Assembly (NCBI GenBank): GCA_945921465.1
Contig: CAMEKS010000002.1
Coordinates: forward strand, 189-64,188
Origin: an uncultured Clostridia bacterium
Lineage (GTDB): Bacteria > Bacillota > Clostridia > Christensenellales > UBA1242
Direction: 5' to 3'
DNA: 64,000 nt
The stretch's first letter is position 1. Each line of letters begins with the position of its first letter. The translations under genes were made by a program, and so were the position numbers. Below are positions 19,304 through 28,355 of the stretch, in pieces. The notes beneath the pieces are model-generated. The model had not been told where the DNA came from. It was given only the letters and a program-made list of their open reading frames with translations, and did not search any database.

Positions 19304-20167
19304 TTACAATTCTGGGGTAAAATGAGCAAAGACAATATTGTCAGAATAAGGGAGTATTCTCTTATATTCTTCTTGGCTATATACATTATATGCCAATATG
19401 CCTACTACTTTATTTTTCTTAATATATTTTGTAGGTAAATCCTTAGCGTTGTATGCTACAAAATCCGCTTGTGACGCTTTAAGATATTTTAATTTTTTCA
19501 ATTTTTTTGCTTTAATGTTAGCATAAGTTTTGTATCCATTGAATGCACAACTTCTAAGAATCCTTGTATACCATGGGGCATTGTCATAGAACCACATTAA
19601 TGACATTGGGTTGGCTGACATGATTGCTACCTTTCCGATCGCCTCAAATGCGTTGCAGTATTCTTCTAGTATTTTTTCTACAGCAGTTTCCACTCTGCCG
19701 GCATATGCTTCATTACATATTTCAATCACGACAGGTGTTCTGCCAGCAATAATATTTAAGACTTCTTGTAATGTTGGTATATGTTGTTTTGTGTTCTTAA
19801 CTGTTAGGTTACAGATATCCTCATACTTCAGGTTGGTTACATAGGCATTAAGGCCTGTCAATTCTCCTAATGCTTTGTGCTTAAAACAAAGAATTGTATC
19901 ATCTTTCATTGCTTGAGCGACCAAAGATATAGCATAACCTTGACTAATCAATTGCTCCAAAACTGCATTGTAATCATAATTGTGGTTTTCTAATGCTGCT
20001 ATGTCAAATTTAGCAATATACTTGTCTAACAACCATTCGTTATGCATTATGTCGAAATAGTCGTCGCTAAACTTAATATCAGACAAAGCATTTGCTTTTT
20101 TTAATGTATCAATATCTATTTTATAACTGTTCCATTTCTGATCTTCAGTCAATTGTTTGTTTGTCAT
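19304..20167 (-). CDS. glycerophosphodiester phosphodiesterase (GDPD)-like protein, divergent
   Basis: The central segment ILCFKHKALGELTG...IPTLQEVLNIIAGRTPVVIEI follows the GDPD pattern V.HD..L.R.T...IPTL.EVL....IE.K. The N-terminal HRG/E motif is not recognisable. Confidence 0.4.
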   Translation of the reverse strand: MTNKQLTEDQKWNSYKIDIDTLKKANALSDIKFSDDYFDIMHNEWLLDKYIAKFDIAALENHNYDYNAVLEQLISQGYAISLVAQAMKDDTILCFKHKALGELTGLNAYVTNLKYEDICNLTVKNTKQHIPTLQEVLNIIAGRTPVVIEICNEAYAGRVETAVEKILEEYCNAFEAIGKVAIMSANPMSLMWFYDNAPWYTRILRSCAFNGYKTYANIKAKKLKKLKYLKASQADFVAYNAKDLPTKYIKKNKVVGILAYNVYSQEEYKRILPYSDNIVFAHFTPEL

Positions 20168-20962
20168 ACTCTAACCCAAAATCCCTCAAATAGATTATGA
20201 TTATTGTCTATATCTATTGTGGGATACAATAATTCTAATTAATATCATTACCGTAGTTGTGTTGTTAAGCAGATGATTTTGGGGACAACTAGGTAATGAA
20301 ACAAAAGTGTATATATAATATAATATATATACAAGAATATATTTTATCAATATAATAATAACAAATATAACTAAAATATGCTACTTTTTTTGAGTACTTT
20401 TCTTAATTATTTATATTTTTTGCCAAATAATATGTAGATATGAGCAAATTTGTTGCTTAAATTGCCAGAAATTACCAATCATATACATTAACTAATTTGA
20501 CAGTATTAAGGTTAGTGTAATCATTTATATTCTATTTTTAGTTATTAACAAATTTGGCATACTTACTTGCCATTGGTAATTAGATAAAGTACAGTTGTAG
20601 TTGCACATATTTAATAATTTGATGTTAATAGCAAACAAAAAAATAAATTAATATTTGTTGGAGTGGATTTGTCTTTATATTTATGTCTAATATCGTTGAC
20701 AATAAGCAGTAATTAATTGTGTAATAATCAGATTAATATTTGCAAAAATAAACTCTTTGATATATACTAATCTAGTACTAAAGTGGCAATAAGATTTTTG
20801 CCACTATATAACATATATTTTTTTATCAATTGTATTATTATATTCTAAGATTGTATGTAGTAATCAGCGTTAGGGTATAATGTGGGGTAAACATTAACTT
20901 AATGTCAATTTATTTTTGATCTTAGAATTGAATAATTATAACAATAATTACATAGGTGACTA

Positions 20963-22762
20963 ATGAGTGATAGAAGTGACAAAATAAGGAATTTCTGCAT
21001 TGTAGCACATATCGACCACGGCAAAAGCACATTGGCGGATCGTTTGTTAGAATTGACTGGAACTGTGGCAAAAAGAGATATGACTGAGCAATTGCTAGAC
21101 AGTATGGAAATAGAGCGAGAGCGCGGAATTACAATCAAATTAACTCCTTCGACTATGAAATACAAATATAATGGAGAGGAATATACGCTTAATTTAATAG
21201 ACACACCAGGGCACGTTGACTTTACTTATGAGGTGTCTAGGTCTTTGGCGGCTTGTGAAGGAGCGATTCTGATAGTTGATGCTACTCAGGGGGTAGAGGC
21301 TCAGACGCTGGCGAATGTATACCTTGCATTGGATAATAATTTGGAGATTTTGCCTGTAATTAATAAGATAGATTTGCCTAGTGCAGATGTAGAGGGCACA
21401 CGCAAAGAGATAGAAGATGTTATTGGTATACCAGCGGATATTGCGCCAGCCATTAGTGCCAAAAATGGGATTAATTGCGAAGAAGTATTAAAACAAGTAA
21501 TTAAATATATCCCTGCCCCAAAAGGTAACGAGAATGAACCACTTAGGGCTTTGATATTCGATAGTTATTACGATAATTTCAAGGGAGCTGTATCTTTAGT
21601 AAGAATAGTTGACGGCAGTGTGAAGAAAGGTGATAAAATTAAATTTTTCCAAACTGGCAAGGTGTATGATGTGACCGAGGTGGGTATTTTTGAACCAAAG
21701 CCATCAGAGAAAGAATTGCTACAAATGGGTGATGTTGGTTATATTTGTGCTAGCATCAAGAATGTAAATGAGACCAAAGTTGGCGATACTATAACACTAG
21801 CAGATAGTCCAGCAAAAGAGGCATTACCTGGATACAAAGAGGCAAAACCAGTTGTATTTAGTGGCATATTCTGTGTAGATGGTGCCAAATATAATGATCT
21901 AAAGGATGCTTTGGAAAAACTAAAATTGAATGATGCTGCTCTAGAGTATGAGCCAGAGGTATCGCAAGCATTAGGATTTGGCTTTAGGTGTGGTTTTCTA
22001 GGATTGTTGCATATGGAGATAATACAAGAAAGACTAGAGCGAGAGTATAATCTAGATATTATAACGACTGCACCTACAGTTAACTACAAGATTCATAAGA
22101 CAAATGGTGAGACGATTATAGTCAGCAATCCAGCCGATTATCCATCGCCGCAATACATAGATTATGCCGAAGAACCTATGATAAGGGTGCATATGTTTAC
22201 TCCACCAGAGTATGTTGGCGAATTGATGAAGTTGTGTCAAGAAAGGCGGGGCGTGCACGAGGATTTGCAATATTTTGACGACAAGCGATGTCAATTGATA
22301 TATAAGTTGTCTCTTAATGAAATTCTATTTGATTTCTTTGATCAACTGAAATCTCGTTCGCATGGATATGCTAGCATGGATTACGAAGAAATTGGATATG
22401 AACCAAGTGAATTGGTTAAATTGGATATTTTGCTTAATGGCGAAGTCTGTGATGCTCTTAGTTTGATTGTACACAAAGACAAGGCTTATCAACGAGGACG
22501 GGCTATTGCTGAAAAGTTAAAAGAAGTTATCCCAAGGCAGTTATTCGAGATTCCTATTCAAGCTGCAGTTGGCTCCAAAGTAATTGCAAGAGAGACCGTA
22601 AAGGCATTAAGAAAGGATGTCTTAGCCAAGTGTTATGGCGGTGATGTTACTCGTAAGAAGAAACTTCTAGAGAAACAGAAAAAAGGAAAGAAGAGGATGA
22701 GACAAATTGGCTCGGTAGAAATTCCTAGTGAGGCATTTATGTCTATCCTTAAGATTGATTAA
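20963..22762 (+). CDS. lepA: translation elongation factor 4 (LepA)
   Basis: GTPase motifs [14 protein letters not shown] and NKID, plus the LepA C-terminal domain ([21 protein letters not shown]). Confidence 0.95.
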   Translation: MSDRSDKIRNFCIVAHIDHGKSTLADRLLELTGTVAKRDMTEQLLDSMEIERERGITIKLTPSTMKYKYNGEEYTLNLIDTPGHVDFTYEVSRSLAACEGAILIVDATQGVEAQTLANVYLALDNNLEILPVINKIDLPSADVEGTRKEIEDVIGIPADIAPAISAKNGINCEEVLKQVIKYIPAPKGNENEPLRALIFDSYYDNFKGAVSLVRIVDGSVKKGDKIKFFQTGKVYDVTEVGIFEPKPSEKELLQMGDVGYICASIKNVNETKVGDTITLADSPAKEALPGYKEAKPVVFSGIFCVDGAKYNDLKDALEKLKLNDAALEYEPEVSQALGFGFRCGFLGLLHMEIIQERLEREYNLDIITTAPTVNYKIHKTNGETIIVSNPADYPSPQYIDYAEEPMIRVHMFTPPEYVGELMKLCQERRGVHEDLQYFDDKRCQLIYKLSLNEILFDFFDQLKSRSHGYASMDYEEIGYEPSELVKLDILLNGEVCDALSLIVHKDKAYQRGRAIAEKLKEVIPRQLFEIPIQAAVGSKVIARETVKALRKDVLAKCYGGDVTRKKKLLEKQKKGKKRMRQIGSVEIPSEAFMSILKID

Positions 22763-22763
22763 A

Positions 22764-23900
22764 ATGGAAACGGTAGGTATATATGTTCATTTGCCATTTT
22801 GCCTGTCTAAGTGTAAGTACTGCGATTTTAATTCCTATGCCAATATTGCCAATTTGCAACCTGCGTATATAAAAGCATTAGTTGAAGAAATCAGAACAAC
22901 TGCCATCAATTGTAAAAATGTTAATATTGATACTATATTTATAGGCGGTGGTACACCTAGTTGTATGCCATTGGGTACTATTAGTACTATACTTACAGCA
23001 ATTAGACAAAATTATAATGTTTTATCTAATGCAGAAATAACAATAGAATGTAATCCCAATTCGGTCTCATTTGACAAAGTATCAGAATGGAAAGAGTCTG
23101 GGGTTAATAGAATAAGTATTGGACTGCAGACTACTAATAAGAAATCATTGCAAGTAATTGGCAGAACTCATACTGTAGATGATTATGTTGCTGCTATCAA
23201 ATTAATACATTCTTTTGGTATTAATAATATAAACACAGATTTGATGATAGGTTTACCAAAACAACGCTCTTCTGATGTAAAATATGCTATTTTGCTTTGT
23301 AATAAGTTGATGTGTAAGCATATTAGTTGTTATTCTTTGATATTAGAAGAGAATACTCCATTATATGATATGGTACATAATGGAGAGGTAAGGTTACCAA
23401 AAGAAGAAAAGACTTTAGGAATGTATAATACCGCATACAATACACTATCGCACTTGGGATACAAAAGGTATGAAGTTAGTAATTTTGCTATTAGCGGATA
23501 CGAGTGTAAACATAACCTAAATTGTTGGTCTATGCACCAGTATTTAGGATTTGGTGCTGGCGCTCACAGTTTTTATAATAACATTAGATATAATAATATT
23601 GCTAATGTGCAAGATTATATTATGGCATCTTCTAATATTAGCGTATTAAGAGAGAATGTAGAGCCTCAAAGCCAAATTGACCTCTATAATGAGGCAATAA
23701 TGCTAGGATTGAGAAAAGCAGATGGCGTAGATATGAAGTTATTAAGTGAGTATTTGGGTGAAGATTTTGCTATAAAGATGAAAAAAGTGATTAACAAATA
23801 CATTGCATTGGGTTTGGTTGAGATAAGTCATAATTGTATTAGGGCAACGCAGAAGGGCGTTTATGTACTCAATCAAATAATTTTAGATTTTGCTATTTAG
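22764..23900 (+). CDS. hemW: radical SAM heme chaperone HemW (HemN-like)
   Basis: CLSKCKYCDF radical SAM motif, HemN C-domain and the conserved lepA-hemW order. The ATG at 22764 follows the lepA stop. Confidence 0.85.
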   Translation: METVGIYVHLPFCLSKCKYCDFNSYANIANLQPAYIKALVEEIRTTAINCKNVNIDTIFIGGGTPSCMPLGTISTILTAIRQNYNVLSNAEITIECNPNSVSFDKVSEWKESGVNRISIGLQTTNKKSLQVIGRTHTVDDYVAAIKLIHSFGINNINTDLMIGLPKQRSSDVKYAILLCNKLMCKHISCYSLILEENTPLYDMVHNGEVRLPKEEKTLGMYNTAYNTLSHLGYKRYEVSNFAISGYECKHNLNCWSMHQYLGFGAGAHSFYNNIRYNNIANVQDYIMASSNISVLRENVEPQSQIDLYNEAIMLGLRKADGVDMKLLSEYLGEDFAIKMKKVINKYIALGLVEISHNCIRATQKGVYVLNQIILDFAI

Positions 23901-24255
23901 AATTGTCGTTAATACAAAGGCAACCAAAAAAATATTCTAGGCTAGCCAAATAAATAGGAATGACCTTGTTGTTAAGTGGACTCAGTAATATAAGGCATAA
24001 TGTGAGGATATGTAATTAGAGTTGGTAAGAATCGTTATAATTTTTATTAATTATTTTAGTCGTGGATTATAACCAATATGCTTCTAATCTTTCAAGTTGG
24101 TTAAGCATTTTATCCTAAATTATTTATTATTGTTCCAACTACAGAATTATTGATACATTATGTAATTTATTTTATGATTTTTAGATTTAATATTTGATTA
24201 AATGCATAAGGTTTAATATTTTATAAATATTTGACCTTATTTTTTATTTTTAGTA

Positions 24256-24283
24256 ACATTACTTTTTTGTTTGTCATACATTA
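24256..24283 (+). promoter_or_regulatory. candidate mother-cell (sigma-K/sigma-E type) promoter
   Basis: AC at 24256-24257, a 17-nt spacer, then CATACATTA at 24275-24283. This matches AC-17-CATAnnnTA (sigma-K) and CATACA-T (sigma-E -10). It lies about 25 nt upstream of the AGGAGG RBS of the next gene. Confidence 0.4.
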
Positions 24284-24307
24284 CAATAAACAGGAGGTAA
24301 TAAGAAT

Positions 24308-24973
24308 ATGTCTTTTTATTCAGGGAACAGGCAGGGAAACTTCCCAGGACCAATTATGGGTAATCCGCTTAACGGACTGTGTGAGAAAGCAGTTATTCAG
24401 ACTAGAAAAGTATTTGATGCTTGTATGAAACAAATACAAGAGAATAGTGTACAGATAACTGTAACAGACTTTACTCCAGCCGATCCTACATATCCACTTA
24501 CATTTATTAGTTGCCAAAGCAATTCGGACGATGTTACTATCAGCAATGTCGTTGTAGATAGATTTGACGATAGACCATGTTTTGCAAGAGTATCGGGTGA
24601 TGTAGTGATACCAGTTACAGTTAGTTATACCGATGCTAATGGCGTTAGCGGTACAGGAACTGGAACATTTACGGTTAGCAATGATGTTGTATTGTATGTG
24701 CCACAACCTTCTATTGTGCCTTACAAGATAGAGGCATTTGCTTCAGCTATTTGTTCGGGTGGTACATTCAACGAGTCGAATTTATTGACTACAAATATGT
24801 GCGTCACTATTATTATCAAAGTTGTTGTAGATGCAGATATCCTAATTCCTACTTATGGCTATGCTCAGATTCCGCCTTGCCAAGAATTTACACAGGATAC
24901 TTGCACTGGTTTCTTCGATTTGCCGCTATTCCCAGCGCAACAGCAAATCTGCCCTAATAGTGCAAATAATTAA
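24308..24973 (+). CDS. hypothetical Cys-containing protein (possible spore coat or exosporium component)
   Basis: Strong AGGAGG RBS and an intact 221-aa ORF. No family recognised. The predicted mother-cell-type promoter is the only functional hint. Confidence 0.5.
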   Translation: MSFYSGNRQGNFPGPIMGNPLNGLCEKAVIQTRKVFDACMKQIQENSVQITVTDFTPADPTYPLTFISCQSNSDDVTISNVVVDRFDDRPCFARVSGDVVIPVTVSYTDANGVSGTGTGTFTVSNDVVLYVPQPSIVPYKIEAFASAICSGGTFNESNLLTTNMCVTIIIKVVVDADILIPTYGYAQIPPCQEFTQDTCTGFFDLPLFPAQQQICPNSANN

Positions 24974-25386
24974 TAAAGCAATATGTTAAAATAAAAGTTA
25001 ACTTAAGTAATAATTCATTATCATATTATATTTTAGAAAAGAATGCATTTATCTAAGGAGTTATTATGCCTTATTGTAAATTTGCGTTCTTTTTTTCTAA
25101 TTTAACTAAATGTTAGGAATTTTTTAAGCAAGCTTTAATTATTAATATCTATTATTTTATAGTTAATTAATACATAATAATCATTATTTTTTACTATAAT
25201 TAATATCGATAATACTGGCAATTATTTGCTATAATATAGATTATTTGGTATGATTATAGATAGAAATTATGCTTGAATTTTAATTTGTTAAGGTATTTAT
25301 ATAATGCAAATATGGCAGAAACAAATCAAGATATATTTATAAAAATATCAATTTGTTTCAAATTATGATTATTAGGAGAAAAAGTA

Positions 25387-26085
25387 TTGAAAGTATACGC
25401 AATTAGTGACTTGCATCTTAGTATTAATAATCCAAAACCAATGGATATATTTGGGGAGAATTGGGATAATTATGTAGATGTAATAGTCAAGAACTGGAAG
25501 AGAAAAATAAAAGATGATGATGTTGTTATAATCGCTGGAGATATTTCTTGGGCTATGAATTTGCAAGAGGTTGAGAGCGACATTGATTATATTGCTAATC
25601 TTCCTGGTAAAAAAATTATTATAAAAGGTAATCACGATTATTGGTGGCACAGCCTAACTGCGCTTAGAGGTATACTGCCTAGTGGTTTTTATGCAATTCA
25701 GAATGATGCAATTAGGATAGGTAATGTTGTATTCTGTGGTAGTCGAGGTTGGACAGCACCAGAGGATAACAAATTTAAGACACCCGAGGATGAAAAGTTA
25801 TATAAGCGAGAAGTTATAAGAATGGAATTGTCACTAAATGCTGCAAAAACAATTATGCAAGAGGGTGATTCCTTGGTAGTAATAACACACTATCCTCCAT
25901 ATAATAGCCGATTTCAATCAAACCCAATGACTGATTTATTCAAACGCTATAATGTTAATGTTGTGGTGTATGGGCATTTGCACAACGCAGCACACAAACA
26001 GAAAATGAAGTATAGTAAAAATAAGATAAAATACTTCTTAACATCATGTGATCATCTAGGTCATAACCCTGTACGTATTTTGTAA
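25387..26085 (+). CDS. metallophosphoesterase (calcineurin-like)
   Basis: Motifs ISDLHL, AGDISW, GNHDYWW and GHLH. TTG start with an AGGAG RBS. Confidence 0.8.
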   Translation: MKVYAISDLHLSINNPKPMDIFGENWDNYVDVIVKNWKRKIKDDDVVIIAGDISWAMNLQEVESDIDYIANLPGKKIIIKGNHDYWWHSLTALRGILPSGFYAIQNDAIRIGNVVFCGSRGWTAPEDNKFKTPEDEKLYKREVIRMELSLNAAKTIMQEGDSLVVITHYPPYNSRFQSNPMTDLFKRYNVNVVVYGHLHNAAHKQKMKYSKNKIKYFLTSCDHLGHNPVRIL

Positions 26086-26140
26086 TTATTGAAGCAATAA
26101 TAATTTAGTTGTGGTCATTGATTAAAATAATTTATTAGTA

Positions 26141-26175
26141 AAAACCATATCTTGTTGCTAGATATGGTTTTTTTG
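26141..26175 (+). terminator. rho-independent terminator
   Basis: AAAACCATATCT-TGTTGCT-AGATATGGTTTT followed by a T-run. Confidence 0.8.
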
Positions 26176-26317
26176 TTAAATTATTTGTATAATTAATTAA
26201 TAATTTGAATAAATATAATTTTTCTAAATTTATTATATAATAATAAATTCTAAGATTTTACTTAATTGTATATATATTCAATAAAAATATTTTAATAATT
26301 TTGATAAATTTACAAAA

Positions 26318-26343
26318 GTGGTTAAAAATGGTTGGAAGTGGTT
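26318..26343 (+). promoter_or_regulatory. putative MraZ operator: three direct (G/A)TGGTT boxes with 10-bp phasing
   Basis: GTGGTT at 26318, ATGGTT at 26328 and GTGGTT at 26338. They overlap the -35 region of the mraZ promoter candidate. Confidence 0.55.
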
Positions 26344-26360
26344 AATATTTATAGTATACT
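26332..26360 (+). promoter_or_regulatory. sigma-A type promoter of the mraZ operon
   Basis: TTGGAA at 26332-26337, a 17-nt spacer, then TATACT at 26355-26360. Confidence 0.5.
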
Positions 26361-26389
26361 TAGGGTGTAATTAGAGAAAGGAGTAGGTA

Positions 26390-26821
26390 ATGTTTTTTGG
26401 TGAATATAACTATCAGTTAGACGAAAAAAATAGAATTCGTATTCCAAGCAAACTAAGAAACGAGTTTGCTGGCTCTTATATTGTCACCAAAGGCACCAAT
26501 CATTCGCTGTTTGTTTTTGCTAAAGATTATTTTCAGACTCAATTTTTGGATAAGTTGAATAGTGTACCTACTTTTGACTCCGAGGCGCAGAGGCCAATTA
26601 GGGCTTTGCTTAGTTCTAGTTTTGAGGTAGAAGAAGACAAGCAAGGCAGATTTGTGCTTCCTACTAATTTGCGAAATTTTGCTGGAATATCTAAGAATAT
26701 TGTCTTTGTGGGTGTGGGCAATAGGCTAGAGATATGGAGCGAAGACAATTGGAACAATTATGTTGCAGACTCGAGTGATTTCGATAATGTAGTTACTAAA
26801 TTGTCCCAATATGATGTATAA
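26390..26821 (+). CDS. mraZ: transcriptional regulator MraZ
   Basis: Duplicated SpoVT/AbrB-like halves with DEKNRIRIPSKLR and DKQGRFVLPTNLR. First gene of the dcw cluster. Confidence 0.93.
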   Translation: MFFGEYNYQLDEKNRIRIPSKLRNEFAGSYIVTKGTNHSLFVFAKDYFQTQFLDKLNSVPTFDSEAQRPIRALLSSSFEVEEDKQGRFVLPTNLRNFAGISKNIVFVGVGNRLEIWSEDNWNNYVADSSDFDNVVTKLSQYDV

Positions 26822-27757
26822 ATGGAAAAACATACTATTAATTATAATCACACACCCATTATGGTTCAAGAGTGCATAGAAGGACTTAACATCAAGCCAG
26901 ACGGAATATATGTAGACGGCACATTTGGTGGTGGTGGACATTCGGGCAAAATACTAGAGCATTTAACTACTGGCAGGCTGATAGGAATAGACAAGGATGA
27001 TACTGCTTTGGCTGTAGGCAGAGAAAGATATGGCAACTGTAATAATCTAACTTTGGTAAAAAATGATTTTAAGAACATTGCCGATATTTTAGATGAATTG
27101 GGTATAGATCAAATAGACGGTGTGCTTCTCGACTTGGGTGTAAGCAGTTTTCAATTAGATACTGATTATAGAGGCTTCTCATATAGATTTGATGCAAAGT
27201 TAGATATGCGAATGGATACGACCAGCAGTTTTAGTGCATATGATGTGGTCAATTCATATTCCGAGAGCGAATTAAGCAATGTGATATTTAGATATGGCGA
27301 AGAACCTTTTGCCAAGAAGATAGCAAGAGAAATAGTAGAAGCAAGAAAAGTTAAACCTATAGAGACTACAGGTGAATTAGTTAAAATAATAGAAAAAGTT
27401 GTATTTAAGAAGAAAGGGTCTAATCCTTGTACCAAGACTTTTCAGGCAATTAGAATAGAAGTTAATTCAGAATTAGATAGATTAGATACCGCTATCAACA
27501 CTATGATTGATAGGTTACGACAAGGTGGGCGCATAGCAATAATTACATTTCATTCTTTGGAAGATAGAATCGTTAAGAATGTATTTAAGCTTCGATCTAC
27601 AGATTGTATATGTGATAAATCGTTACCAGTGTGTATATGCGGTCACAAAAAGGAAATTAATATATTAACTCGTAAGCCAATTGTTGCTAGTGCAGAGGAG
27701 CAAAAAATAAATACACGTAGTACTTGTGCTAAATTGCGAATAGCGGAGAAATTGTGA
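26822..27757 (+). CDS. rsmH: 16S rRNA (cytosine(1402)-N(4))-methyltransferase RsmH
   Basis: HTPIMVQE, DGTFGGGGHS, DLGVSSFQLD and FHSLEDRIVK motifs. Confidence 0.95.
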   Translation: MEKHTINYNHTPIMVQECIEGLNIKPDGIYVDGTFGGGGHSGKILEHLTTGRLIGIDKDDTALAVGRERYGNCNNLTLVKNDFKNIADILDELGIDQIDGVLLDLGVSSFQLDTDYRGFSYRFDAKLDMRMDTTSSFSAYDVVNSYSESELSNVIFRYGEEPFAKKIAREIVEARKVKPIETTGELVKIIEKVVFKKKGSNPCTKTFQAIRIEVNSELDRLDTAINTMIDRLRQGGRIAIITFHSLEDRIVKNVFKLRSTDCICDKSLPVCICGHKKEINILTRKPIVASAEEQKINTRSTCAKLRIAEKL

Positions 27758-27770
27758 GGAGGCAGGATAG

Positions 27771-28355
27771 ATGAGCGATTATTCTATCAAGACATTAGAG
27801 AAAGATAATATCATTACTCAAAACGTCGACAGGGATACTATCGACGAGCCTATTTTGGACCAAATATCAAAATTTGACACTAATTATAGTGATACGAAGA
27901 TTAAAGAATTAACCAATGAATTTGATAGCATTACTATAGATGAAGATGTTATTAAAGGAGTCACAACTACCCAAAACAATGTTGTTGAGGCAACTAAATT
28001 ATCTTTTAGAACCAAATTGTTTTTTGGTTTGTCAATTGCGATTACTGCATTATTAATGTTCTTGGCAATATATAATATTTTTAGCATAAATAGTGTATCT
28101 GGCAGCATACAAATATTAGAGAATAATATTGCAACTGAGTCTACAATTCTTAATTCTTTAACTAACGATGTTGAAGCTATGAAAGGTAGCACTAGTATAG
28201 AAAAAGAATTGAGTGATATGGGCTATATCAAGATGGACGACTCTGATATGATATATGTAGATATTCCAGAAGGTACAGTTGTCAACGATTTGACTGGTTC
28301 TACCAATTGGTTTGATTCGATTTGCAATTTTATTTCACATGTTTTTGGGGGATAA
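27771..28355 (+). CDS. FtsL-like cell division protein (single-pass membrane, coiled coil)
   Basis: Occupies the position between rsmH and the PBP gene. One TM helix (LFFGLSIAITALLMFLAIY) followed by a short extracytoplasmic coiled region. No strong sequence motif. Confidence 0.5.
   Translation: MSDYSIKTLEKDNIITQNVDRDTIDEPILDQISKFDTNYSDTKIKELTNEFDSITIDEDVIKGVTTTQNNVVEATKLSFRTKLFFGLSIAITALLMFLAIYNIFSINSVSGSIQILENNIATESTILNSLTNDVEAMKGSTSIEKELSDMGYIKMDDSDMIYVDIPEGTVVNDLTGSTNWFDSICNFISHVFGG

Noticed and set aside
25066-25116. 16-codon ORF (MPYCKFAFFFSNLTKC) with an AAGGAG RBS
   Set aside because: It lies inside the terminator hairpin of the preceding gene, and the apparent RBS is part of the stem. 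There is no supporting evidence.
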